A stretch of DNA of 64,000 nt from positions 13,082,001 through 13,146,000 of the forward strand of contig NC_087436.1 in NCBI RefSeq assembly GCF_036321535.1. Reading direction: 5' to 3'. Both the position numbers and the translations under genes were made by a program. The stretch comes from Camelus dromedarius. Taxonomy: Eukaryota. Shown one piece after another: positions 13,100 to 25,400 of the stretch (position 1 is the first letter of the stretch; each line of letters starts with the position of its first letter). Under the pieces are notes generated by a model. It searched no databases. It had not been told where the DNA came from and saw only the letters and a list, made by a program, of their open reading frames with translations.

Positions 13100-13246
13100 T
13101 TTTGTGTGTTTTATTTTTTGTTTATTTTTTTTTTTTTGGATGAGGTAATTAGGTTTCTGTATTTATTTAATGGAGGTTCTAGGGACTGAACCCAGGACCA
13201 CATGCATGCTAGGCATGCACTCTACCACTGAGTTATACCTTCCCCC
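13100..13246 (-). mobile_element. tRNA(Ala)-derived SINE resembling camelid Vic-1
   Basis: The reverse complement reads ggggaaggtataactcagtggtagagtgcatgcctagcatgcatgtggtcctgggttcagtccctagaacctccattaaataaat...cctaattacctc followed by an A-rich tail. It has Pol III A-box and degenerate B-box motifs. Confidence 0.8.
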
Positions 13247-14000
13247 TGTATTTTTTTTAGAAAATAAAAAGTTAAAACAAGTAACTCCAATGTATTTATA
13301 TTTAGTTCAAGTTTCTTTCTTGGAAAGCCCACAAGCTTGAGTTTTGTATTCCTCTATCAACAACATTAAACTTAACACTTCAATTGTTTAAAACAATGTA
13401 TAGTTCAATATATAGTTTTATATATATAGTTTTTTTTTTTTATAGTTTATAGCATTTGAGAAGCAACCCTTTGGTAGGTAAAGTCTCTTTAAGTCATGAA
13501 ATGTTCACTTATTCGTACGAAGAGTCATCTCAGAGGGCTTCAGTGGCCTGTAAGAGAGGCTGGCCGTACAGCAAGGTGACAAGAAAGTCCAAAGGGTTCC
13601 CTGCAATTTACTCGTATCACTCACTGTTCCTTTTGTACCACATGAGCGGAAATATAACCATCCTGAGTCTTTTTGAACTGAAGATAAACCACGTGGTTGT
13701 CCATGACATTTCAATCCATTAAACACTTTAAATGAACCTTCTAGAAGCCAGCTTTTATTTCTTCTGTTTCGCTTCCAGAGCTTTGGTTATGCTGATGACC
13801 ATGAGTCAAGAACCAGAGCCCCTAATGTGGACTTTCCGCAGCTTTATGCATTTTTGAATTACCATGAGGGGAAGAATTGAAATTGTGAATTGGATTGATA
13901 CGCTGATTGAAAATAAACACTTAGATGTTAAAAGACTTGAGATAAAATTAACACATGGTGCTACATGCGGGCATTCTAACTAGTAAAATGTATCTACTAT

Positions 14001-14586
14001 TGTCAGAGAATAGGTTCTTGCCTTGCACAGGAAAGAATTCAAGAGTAAGGCATGGTAAAGTGAAAGCAAGTTTATTTAGAGAGACACACTCCATAGACAG
14101 AGTGCGGGCCGTCTCAGAAGGGAAAATGGCTTAGGAGATACACACTTCTTAGGCAGAATGTGGGCCATCTCAGACAGGTGAGAGGGAGAGAGACTGAAAT
14201 GTGTGGGGGCATTTGGTTTAAAGTAAAAACAGATACACAATCCATAGACAGAGTGCAGGCCATCTCAGAAGGCAAGAGAGAGAACCGCGGGGTGCAGAGT
14301 TGTTAGGTCTTATGGGCTCGATAATTTTATATGCTAATGAGTAGGAGGATTATTCCAACGACTTTGGGGAAAGGGCAGGGATTTCCAGGAATTGGGCCCC
14401 CGCCCACTTTTTGACCTTTTGTGATCAGCCTAAGAACTTTCATGGCACCTGTGGGTGTGCCATGAGGCTCAAGGTCTACTGGAAGTCGAATCTTCTGCCA
14501 TCTTGGTTCTAACCAGCTTGTCTTGCCCTCAATTGCTGTGTCACTCCTTTAGTAGTTATGCCCTGCTCCCCTTCCCTGCTTTTTCA
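14001..14586 (-). mobile_element. Solo ERV1-class LTR (586 nt)
   Basis: TG...CA termini, exact 4-bp TSD ctat (13997-14000 and 14587-14590), AATAAA on the minus strand (tttatt at 14071-14076), and homology to 40126-40688. Confidence 0.85.
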
Positions 14587-14874
14587 CTATTGTCTAATAA
14601 ACAAATTAGACCTTGATATTTTGGAGAAAAACCCTTCTGGCCCTTTGGCAGTTGGTCCAGAATTCGGGCTTCTGCTCTTGGTAAAGTTGGGCACGTGTGT
14701 GTGGAGTATGGAAATTGCAGTGGGAGTTAGTGCAGCTGAGTGGCTCTCTACTGCTCTCTTGCCCAAGATGGGCAAGCTCTCTTTCTCTTTCTGCAAAGTG
14801 GAGATGGTAACAACTAATTCACAAGGAAACCACAAAGACTAAGTCAGGTCATATGACAGTACTAGTCACTGTTT

Positions 14875-15166
14875 TTTTTTTTTTTCTTTAATCGTAGTAT
14901 AGTCAGTTTACTATGGTGTGTCAATTTCTGGTGTACAGAATAAAGTTTCAGTCATGTATGCATATGTATATTCCTTTTCATATTCCTTTTCATTATAGGT
15001 TACTATAAGATGTTGAATGTAGTACCCTGTGCTCTATAGTAGAAACTTGTTGCTTATCTATTTTATATTTAGTAGTTAGTATCTGCACATCTCAAACTCC
15101 TGATTTATCCCTTCCCACCTCCTTTCCCCCCGGGTGACCATAAGTTTGTCTGCTACGTCTGGAGAA
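14875..15166 (-). mobile_element. 5'-truncated LINE-1 3' end with TSD
   Basis: Poly-T head and L1 3' UTR similar to 45200-45480. TSD tactagtcactgttt (14860-14874) versus taccagtcactgttt (15167-15181), 14/15 identical. Confidence 0.85.
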
Positions 15167-16269
15167 TACCAGTCACTGTTTATGTTGTTACTGCTCTCCT
15201 CTTTCTGTTCCAAATCCTTAATTGAATTCTGTAAAGTTAGCTAGGTATAAATTCTCACCAGAGCAACTAGTTGTTACTTAACAATTATTTAACAGTGATG
15301 TGATACTTGCAGCTTCTGAAACCCTACCACTCTATTCTATTCCACTTTGTCTCCAAACCAGGTAAGATCTATACTTTCCAAAGTAACAGAATTCCCATAA
15401 GTTTGGAACTGGTGTCTCTAGGTCATCCACAACTTTGAACAGGGCAAAAATTTATAACTCTTATGATAATGAAGAGGGAAGTCAATATTATCAGTCATTC
15501 ATATTTCATTATTTAAGGCCAATCTCCTGTTTGGAATGAAATTCATTAGAATGAGTGCCAACTAACTAGCCATTTGCAAACTGTATCGAATTCCTTCACC
15601 TTAGCTCTGACTCTGAGATACTTCTGGAGGAAAGAGAAGGAGAAAGGCCTTAGGCAAGGTCTAGTTCTCTCAAAAGAAGGCAAACATCTCACAAAGAAGT
15701 TTTCACGTTTTCAAATTAACCCCAGTCCCACAGCTAAGCCTCCGCGATGTAGGCTCAAGACCTCATCTTAACAAAGTAGGGAGTTCCTCTCCTGAGGTTG
15801 GGACTTATTACCGTTAGGAAGAAGACTGATATACAAACCAGAATGCGGCTCTTTTATTTATAGAAGAACTGTGATTGCCATGTGGATTACAGGAGTCATA
15901 TCAGGATGACCAAACTCTCTCTAGGAAAAAGGACACAGGAGCCAAATTATACTCAGAAAGTTGCTTGTTCATCCCAAATGGTTCAAGCAGGATATGTGTG
16001 ATTCAAGTGTTGAACGTCATTGGCCTATGTTACCCTTTCCTCAGAAAAAATTCACACAGCACTGCCAAGTAGAATTTTGTGGTGCCTTAGTGACTGCCTG
16101 GACTTCTGTTGCTCACTAACATCCATTTAATTACACATTCCTTCTTTGGTATCTTAATACCTCAGTCAAGCCTTCTGCCCTGGGAGTGATTCTGTTTCTT
16201 CAAGGTGATTTTGCATAACTCTGTTCTGAACCATTATATCTTGTTTAAAGATATAATAGGGTTAATATA

Positions 16270-17725
16270 TTTTAACAACTACTTTTTAAAGAATTTTTAG
16301 GTACACAGCAAAATTGAGAGAAAGGTACAGGCTTTCCCATGAGCCCTTTGCCCCCAAACATGTGTTGCTTCCCTCATTATCAGCATCCTTCACAGAGTGG
16401 TACATTTGTTAAAATCAGTGCATGTGCATTGATACATCATGATCACCCAAAGTTCGTAGTTTACATTAGGGTTCACCCTTGGTGGTTTACATTCTGTGGG
16501 TTTGGACAGATGTGTGATGGCACGTATCCACCATTATAGTAGCATACAGAGTAGTGTCAGTGCCCGAACAAAAACATGCTCTGCTTGTTCATCCTTTCCC
16601 CAACACCCTGCACCCCAAACCCAGGCAACCACTGATCTTGTTATTGTCTCCATAGTTTTGCCTTTTCCAGAATGCTGGAATCATCCAGTATGTAGCTGTT
16701 TCAGATTGGCTTCTTCATTTAGTAATGTGCATGTAAGGTTTCTCCATGTCTTTTCATTGCTTGATAGATCATTTCTTTTCAGCACTGACTAATATCCCAT
16801 TGTCTAGATATTGCAATTCACTTGTCCGTTCACCTACTGAAGACCATCTTGGTTGCTTCCAAGTTTTGGCAATCGTGGATAAAACTGCTGTGAAAACCAA
16901 TATACAGGTTTTTGTGTAGACGTAAATTTCCAACTCCTTCGGGCAAAGTCCAAGAAGTGTGATTTCTGGATCTTAGGGTAAGAGTATGTTTAGTTTTATG
17001 AGAAAACGCCAAACTGTCTTCCAAAGTGGCTGTACCATTTTGTATTCCCACCAGCAGTGAATGAGAGTTCCTGTTTCTCCACATCCTCACCAGCATTGGG
17101 TGTTGTCCGTGTTCCAGGTTTTGGCCATTCTAATAGGTGTGTAGTGGTATGTCATCTTAATTCACATTTCCCTGATGATGTATGATGTGGAGCATCTTTT
17201 CATATGCTTACTTGCCATCTGTGTATCTTCTCTAGTGAGTGTCTTTTAAGGTTTTCACCCACTTTTAATCAGGTTGTTTGTTTTCTTGTTGAGTTTTAAG
17301 AGTTCTTTGTATATCCTGGGTAGCTGGTCTTTACCAGATATGTCTTTTGCCAATATTTTCTCCCAGTCTAGGTCTTGTCTTTTAATTCTCTTGGTAGTGT
17401 CTTTTGCTTAGCAGAAATTTTAATTTTAACAAAGGCCAACTTCTGAATTCTGTCTTTCAGGTATCCTGCCTTTGATGTTGTATCTAAAAAAATTGTCACC
17501 AAATCCAAGTGCATCCAAGTTTCTTCCATTGTCTAGGACTTTTGTGTTTTAACATTTTGAATTTACAGCTGTGACCCATGTTGAGTTAAGTTTTTATAGG
17601 GTATAAAATCGGTGTATAGATTCTTCCTTCCTTCCTTTCTTCCTTCCTTCCTTCCTTCCTTCCTTCCTTCCTTCTTCCTTCCTTCCTTCCTTCCTTCCTT
17701 CCTTCCTTCCTTCCTTCCTTCCTTC

Positions 17726-17820
<95 letters not shown>

Positions 17821-18128
17821 TCCTTCCTTCCTTCCTTCCTTCCTTCCTTCCTTCCTTCCTTCCTTCCTTCCTTCTTTCTTTCTTTCCTTCTTTCTTTCTT
17901 TCTCCACTTGTTCTACCACCACTTGTTGAAAAGACTACTCATTGTACTACCTTTGCTCCTTTGTCAAAGATCAGTTGACTATATTTACATGGGTCTATTT
18001 TGGGGGTCTCTTTTCTGTTCCATTGATCTATTTGTCTATTCTTTCACCAATACCATGCTATCTAGGTTACTGTAGCTTTATAATCTTGAAGTCGAGAAGC
18101 GTCAGTCATCCAACTTCGTTCTTCTCTA
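16270..18128 (-). mobile_element. Old LINE-1 3' portion (ORF2 C-terminus and 3' UTR) with an embedded microsatellite
   Basis: Minus-strand ORF 16830-17096 is a frameshifted L1 ORF2 C-terminal remnant. The + strand shows typical L1 antisense text (ccaaagtggctgtaccattt, ttgttgaaaagact, ctgttccattgatctat). Confidence 0.85.
17621..17905. repeat. Compound (TTCC)n-(TTTC)n-(TTCC)n microsatellite, 285 nt of pure pyrimidine
   Basis: Read directly from the sequence. It explains the low-complexity ORFs 17563-17922 and 17612-17929. Confidence 0.98.
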
Positions 18129-18149
18129 TGGGGTTAATATTTTTGAACT

Positions 18150-19255
18150 GTATTTCTACTCTTTTGTATACTGCCTGTCTATGGATAAGACCTTCTACCT
18201 ATTCTGTGAGAGGCATCCACTTGTTTTGGATAGTATTAGGATAATTACAGCAGAAATGCAAAGAGAATATTCTGCCTTGACAAGCAAAACAGGTGGCCCT
18301 TACTCTAAAGAAATGGTTCCTAAGGAGATCTCCCACATGGAAAGAAAGCAAAGAGCATCCCCTTCTAGTTGCTGGGGAGCGCAGGAGGGGCAAGGGAGGA
18401 GAGATGCAGGAAACAAGTGGTCCGCCAGGAGCATCCTGCCCCTCCCTTCCCCGGCGCTATCATCTAAGAGAGAGGGCCAATGAGTCAGACTAAGGGAGAA
18501 GCTAAAAGCGCAGGACACTTTGGAACTCCCAGAGGACACCACCTCACGGGGTAGCTTTCTCCTAACACAGGCAAATGGAAGCAGGGTAAAATGGGCAGTG
18601 TGGTTAGGTGAAGAGAAGGCACACGGAGTGTTCCCTTCCTGTCTGGCTCTTGAAAAGCCTGGAAGACCTCCCATAGTCCCAGCCTTCCCGCTTGGGGACG
18701 TGGATTAATGCAGAGTCCAGCCCAGCAGGTCTACCATGAGGACCACGGCTGCATGTGATGAGATGAGCCCATCCCCAAACCTGCTGGGTAGACAGTTGAA
18801 ATTCAGGGTAACATAATGTGCCAAGTATCAGAAAACCGCAGTATCAAAACCAGCTGCAGTGGGTCAGGGCAGCAGGGTAGTGTTCTGAACTTGAACATGC
18901 GGACATAAAAGACCAGATTCACTGCCTGGAGACAAATACTGAGAGCCAGTGGACAGCACACAAAGATCCCACCTCATCACTGCAGGCCTCCTTCTGGCCA
19001 GTGTCGTCTCACAGCGGAGCAGCAGGGCAAGAGGGAGGGCGTCTCAAAGACTGAGCATCCCAAAGATGCTAAATTACCTAACAGTACTGCTTCAAGGAAA
19101 GAGACTGAGATGACATTAAATAGCATGTTTAAGATAACCATTTGTCTCTATTGTCCATTAGGGTGGGGCTCCTGAAGAATATTAGATCAATCATTAACAA
19201 ATATGGAAACTATTTTTCCTTTGCCCATGTAGGTTGCACTCTGTGCAACTGTAAC
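18150..19255 (+). mobile_element. Possible ancient LTR (LTR78-like)
   Basis: The 3' segment gactgagatgacattaa...gtggggctc...attagatc...tttttcctttgcccat resembles my recollection of LTR78. The boundaries are uncertain. Confidence 0.35.
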
Positions 19256-19258
19256 TTA

Positions 19259-19343
19259 TGGTGAGAGTATGTTCAGTTTTATGAGAAAATGCCAAACTGT
19301 CTTCCAAAGTGGCTGTACCATTTTACATTCCCATCAGCAGTGA
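19259..19343 (-). mobile_element. Isolated ~85-nt LINE-1 ORF2 fragment
   Basis: Nearly identical to 16977-17060. Confidence 0.85.
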
Positions 19344-20719
19344 CTTTGGAGAGCGCAAAGTCACTGGGAACTTCTTATCTTTAGAAGCCAGAGTTTAGTG
19401 GAGTGCAGAGTGAAGTGGAGTTGGGGAATTCAGCCCATTTTTCATGAGACTTGATCATGAAAGGGCAGAAGGGGATGTGGCAACAGCTTGAAGAGCCCCT
19501 AAGATGAGAGGGGTATTTTGTTTTGTTTTTGAAAGCTGCAAGGGGTTTAGGCATTGGTGATTCTTAGCACTTTAAAGTTCACAAAGAACTTTCATGTATA
19601 TGTAAGTAAAAAACAGAATGAGGCACTTAGAAATATCAGGATTTCCTTTCATTTCTTTTCATTTTTAATTAGCATTTACTGCCTGTTTTCAGATTATTTT
19701 GAGGATAAGCAATACTGTCTCCCTAAAGAGCTGCTGTGACAATCAAACGGACTCATTAAAATTGTACATGGTAGTACTCTTGACATGGCAGCTAAAAACA
19801 TCATAAAAGGCATTTCTTGTAATCTGAGAGAAACATATCTTTGATTTTTTTTTTGGAGACTTTTTTTGTTTCTTGAAATTATTGGAAGTCCTGAGTATCT
19901 CGTAACCAAAGTTAAGGATCACTCATCTAGGAAAATTGCACACCTTTCTTTCTGGATGTGTTCAGGCTCTGGATTCTGGTTGGCTCTGGGGCTCCAGGTG
20001 CTGAATGGGGAATAAGGATGGCTCTCGACAGTTCAGGGTTATCAGCCTGGGGATGCAGCCTGGACAGGGAATGGCTGGAAAATGAGGGGAGATCCGCAGT
20101 GGCAGGTCCGCAGGCAAGAGCTGAATGGAGTCTGATCCAAGATTGAAGCAACTGTGAAAATTCTCAACTCATGTTTTGAATCTTCCTGTTTGAGTCTTCT
20201 GTACATCACAGAATTGGAGAGGTAGTAGGAACATCCAGGAATCATTTTAGCACTGCCTTTCTCTGGGTTGTTCTGAGTGCATTTTTAAATCATGAAATAC
20301 AGCCATTTACAATAATCACTCCTTGTAAAAATTTTGCCATCTAAAATCCGTAATCCCATTAAAAATATATTTCAGACATAATCAGTTTGGTTTCCTTCTC
20401 ATCGCATGTATTAATTCTGTATTGGTTTTCTTCCACATCCCTCTTTTATTAAAGTACGTAAGAAGTCAATAAGCACTTTTTATAGCTTCTTCTGTTATTT
20501 CCTTAGGTGTTCACAAAAGCAAATGTGTTCAAGATTGCATCCCGTTTACATTTTAAAACATGGTTTTCATCTGTTCACAAATTTTGGAAAATTATTCATT
20601 TTGAGCATTTTCCACGCTTTGTCTCATCCCAAGGGTGAACTTTTTGGAAAGCCCTGGTAACATCTGTTCAGTTGTTTTTGATGAGAAGGTGGGAAGGAAA
20701 AAAATCAATTTTTCTTCTT

Positions 20720-23700
20720 CTTTTTTTTAAATGACGGTAAGAAACATAAAATTTACCATCTTAACCATTTTAAAGTGCACAGTACAGTAGTGTTAACAGC
20801 ATGTACATCACTGTGCAGCAGATTTCTCAAACCTTTTCATCTTCCAAAGCTGAAACTCTGTACTCATTGAACAACTCTTTTGCCTCCCTCCACCCCGAGC
20901 AAGCACCACTCTACTTCTGCTTTTAAGGGTTTGACTATTTTGGATCCTTCATACACGGGATCCAAAATTTGCAGTGATTGTCTTTTTGCAACTGACTTAT
21001 TCACATAATTTCCTCAAGATTCATCATTGTTCTACCGTATGACAGGATTTCCTTCTTTTTTTTAAGGCTGAGTACTATAACACATTTCTTTATCCATTTA
21101 TCCACTGGAGGACATTTCGGTTGGTTCTACCTGTTGGCTATTGTAAATAATATTGCAATGAACATGAGTGTGCAAATATGTCTTTGAAATCCTGTGTTCA
21201 GTTCTTTGGCTATATACCCAGAAGTAAGATTGCTGGATCATATGATAATTCTAATTTTAATTTTTAGAGGCTTCTCCATACTATGTTCCATAGCAGCTCT
21301 ACCATTTTACATTCCCACCAACCATGTACAGGAGTTCCAATTTCTCCTTACCTTTACTGACATTTGTTTTTTTTTGTTTTTGTTTGTTTGTTTGTTTGTT
21401 TTTCAATAGCAGGTGTCCTAACTGGTGTGAAGGGGTATCTCATTGTGGTTTTGATGTGCATTTCCCTGATGGTTAGTGATGTTGAGCATCTTTTCATGTA
21501 CCTGGTGGCCATTTGTGTATCTTCTTTGGAGAAATGTCTATTCAAGTCCTTTGTTCATTTTTCAGTTGGGTTTCTTCTTTTGTTTATTTGTTTGTTTGTT
21601 TGTTTTTCTGTTGAGTTGTAAGCGTACCTTGTATATTTTGGAGATTAACCTCTTATCAGATACAGAGTTTGCCAAAATTCTCTCCCATTGCATAAGTTGC
21701 CTTTCACTCTGTTGTTTCCTTTGCTGTGTTGAAGCTTTCTATTTTGATGTAGTCCTATTAATTTTTGCTTTTGTTGCCTGTAATTGTGCTGTCATACTCA
21801 AGAAACTATTGCCAAATCCAGTGCCATGAAGTTTTCCCCCTATGTTTTCTTCTAGGAGAGTTAAATCCATTTTTAGTTAATTTTTAAATATAAGGCTCCA
21901 AATACATTCTTTTGAATGTGGATATCCAGTGGGGTCTTAACACCATTTGTTAAATATACTATCATTTTCCTATTGTGTAGCCTTGGCACCCTTGTCAAAG
22001 ATCTTTTGAAAAGATACATAACAGATTATTCATGGAATCTGTGTTCTGTTCCATTGGCCTATATATCTCTCGCTCTATGTCAGTACCATGCTGTTTCAAT
22101 CACTGTAGCTTTGTAATATGCTTTGAAGTCAGGAATCTGAGGCCTCCAGCTTTGCTTTTCTTTCTCCAGATTATTTTGGCTATTTGGAGTACTTTGAGGT
22201 TCCATATGAATTTTAAGATTTTTTTTGTCTATTTCTTCAAAATTTGCCATTGGGATTTTGATAGGAATTGCATTGATTCTGTAGATTGCTTTCGGTAGTA
22301 TGGACATTTTGACAATAGTAAGTTCCACTCCATGAACACAGGATGTCTCTCCATTTACTTGTATCTTCTTTAATTTCTTTCAGCAATATTTTGTAGTTTT
22401 TAGTGTATAAAACTTTCGTCTGCTTAGGTAAATTTATTCCTCATTATTTTTGACACTATTGTAATTGGGATTGCTTTCCTAATTTTTTTAGATTGTGCAT
22501 TGTTAGTGCATAGAAAAACAAATGTTTTTTTGTGGAATCTGTAGGGTTTTCTACATGTAAGATCATGTCATAGTTTCATGAGAACAGATACCATTTTATT
22601 TCTTCTTTTATGATTTTGATGCATTTAATTTCTAAGCTTGATTTCCCTGACTAGGACTTCCACTACTACACTGCTTAGAAGTGGTAAGAATTGGCCTCCT
22701 TGCCTTGTTCCTGATCTTAGTAGAGCTTTCGGTTTTTCACCATTGAGCAAGATATTAACTATAAACTTTTTGTATCTGGCCTTTATTATGCTGTGGTAAC
22801 TTCCTTATACTTCTAGTTTATTGAGTGTGTTTATCATGAGAGATTGTTGAATTTTTCCAAATGTTCTGCATATACTGAAATGATAAGGTGGCTTTCATCC
22901 TTTGTTCTGTTAATGTAGTGTATTGCATTGACTGATTTTCATATGTTGAACCATCATTACATCCCAGGGATGAATGTCAATTGGTTACAGCACATGATCC
23001 TTTTAATGTGCTGTTGATTCAGTTTGCTAATATTTTGTTGAGGATCTTTGCATCTCTATTCATCAGGGATGTTGATTGGTCTGTAGTTTTCCTGCAGTGT
23101 TTCTGTCTGGTTTTGATATCAGAGTAATGCTGGCCTCACGAAATAAGTTGGGAAGTGTTCTATCCTCTTTATTTACTTATTTTTTTGGAAGAGTTTGAGA
23201 AGAATTGTTTAATTCTTGTTTACATGTTTGGTAGAGTTCACCAGAGAAGCCATCTGTTCCTCTTTATTGGGAGATTTTTTATTACTGATTCAATCTCTTT
23301 ACTGGTTATAGATTTGTTCATAATTTTTTTCCTTCATGATTTGATTTTGGTAGGGTGTATGTTTCTAGAAATTTATACATTTCTTCTAAGTTATCTAATT
23401 TGTTTGTGTATAATTGTTCATAGTAGTCTCTTATGATACGTTTTATTTCTGTGGCATCAATTATAATGTCTTCTTTTTCACTTCTGATTTTTGTCATTTG
23501 CATCTTCTCACTTTTTTTTTGTCTAGCTAAGAAATTATCAAATTTATTGATTTTAAAAACCCTTAGTTTTATTGATTTTTAATTGTTTTCCTATTATTTA
23601 TGTCTGCTCTAATCTTTATTTTTTTTTCTTTCTGCTTTGTTTTTAGTTTATTTCTCTTTTTCTGCTTCCTTAAGGTGTAAAGTTATGTTGTTGATTTGTG

Positions 23701-25400
23701 AACTTTCTTCTTTTTTAATGTAGGCAGTTACTGCTGTAAAATTCTCTCTGAGTACTATGTTTGTTACATCTCATGTTTTTATATGTTGTGTTTTTGTTTC
23801 ATGTGTCTCAAGATATTATCTAATTTCCCTTTAGATTTCTCCTTTGACCTGTTAGTTGTTCAGGAGTGTGTTATTTAATTTCCAGTGTGATTTTCCAGTT
23901 TCCCCTTGCTATTTATTTCTAATTTTATTCCATTGTAGTCAGAAGATACTTAGTATGATTTTAATCTTAAATTTGTTAACATCCTGTGGCCTAACATGTG
24001 ATCTGTTCTGGAGAGTGTTCCATATGCACTTGAGGCTATACTCGAGAATGTGTAATACACTTGAGAATGTGTATTCTGTCTGGTGTTGGGTCAAGTCTTC
24101 TGTGTATGTCTGTTAGGTCCAGTTAGTCTATGATGTTGTTGGAGTCCCGTGCTTCCTTATTAATCTTCTGTCTGGTTGATCTGTCCATTACTGAGTGGGG
24201 AATTGAAATAGCCTACTGTTTTTGTGTTACTATCTATTTCTTCCTTCAATTCTGTCAGTGTTTGCTTCACATGTTTGGGTGCTCTACCATTAGGTGCATA
24301 TATATTTATAATTGCTATATCTTCCTGGTGAATAGACCTTTTGATAGAATGTCCTCCTTTATCTCATGTCAGTTTTTGACTTAAACCCTATTTTGTTTGA
24401 TATAAGTATAGCCACCTCTGTTGTCTTTGGGGTGCCATTTGCATGGAAGATCTTTTTTCATCCTTTCACTTTCAGCCTGTTGGTGTCCATGTATCTAAAA
24501 TGCTCTATGTTTTTTGATTGGGAAGTTTAACCCACTTGTATTTTAAGTAACTACTGATTGGGGAGGACTTAATATTGACATTTTAAGATTGTTTTCTGTA
24601 TGTTTTGTAGTTATTTGTCCCTCTTTTCTTCTCTTGCTTCCTTCCCTTGTATTTCACTCATTTTTTGTAGTGAAAAGTTTTGAGGACCTTCTTATTTTCT
24701 TTTGTGTTTCTTCTGTAGATATTTTCTTTGTGGTTACCGTGGGGATTACAGAAAACATCTTATAGTTGTTTAGCAATCTACTTTAAACTGATAACAACTT
24801 AAACTTTAATTACATACAAAAACTCTGCTCCTTTACTTCTCCCTCCCACTTTATGTTATTGATTTCAAATGTTATGTCTTTTTATATTTTGATTCATTAA
24901 CATAGTTTTATGGTTATTGTTATTTTAATTCTTTTTTCTTTTAAATTTTATACTCAAATTAAAAGCAATCAAAAGTGATTTACACACCATTATTACAATG
25001 TTACAGGATTTGGTATTTGTCTATAAAATTTACCTTTACCAAAGAGTTTTCTGCTTTCATATGCTTTCCTGTTGCTGTCTAGAGTTCTTTTATCTCAACT
25101 TGAAGAACTCTCTTCAGCATTTCCTGAGGCAGGTCTAGTGGTGATGAATTCTCTCGGCTTTTGTTTATCTGGGAAGGTCTTTGTTTCTCTTTCATATTTG
25201 AAGGGCAGTTTTGCTAGATATAGTATTCTTGGTGGCAGTTTTTTTTTTCTTTCATCACTTCGAATAAATTATCCCACTCCCATTTAGCCTGGAGTTTTTA
25301 TAAAGGCTTTTTGGACCATCTACTATTGTTGTTAAGACTATATGTCTATGGAGGACTAGATTTAGAGCTTTCTGTTCAGCCATCTTGCTGACATCACCCC
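20720..25400 (-). mobile_element. Old LINE-1 retaining both termini, with most of ORF1 and the 5' UTR deleted
   Basis: Minus-strand ORF2 remnants at 21354-21545, 22080-22328 and 23318-23503. The 5'-terminal motif reads ggggtgatgtcagcaagatggc on the minus strand at about 25379-25400. Degenerate TSD caatttttcttctt (20706-20719) versus cagctttttttctt (25401-25414). Confidence 0.9.

Noticed and set aside
13170..13246. Possible tRNA-Ala gene
   Set aside because: The B-box and stems are degenerate, and the AT-rich extension with an A-tail marks it as a SINE.
14079..14272. Spaced ~43-nt direct repeats as a CRISPR-like array
   Set aside because: The DNA is mammalian, the units are imperfect with irregular spacing inside an LTR, and there are no cas genes.
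17563..17929. ORFs of 119 aa (KEGR/KERK repeats) and 105 aa (FLPS/FLSF repeats)
   Set aside because: They are translations of the tetranucleotide microsatellite, which contains no stop codons.
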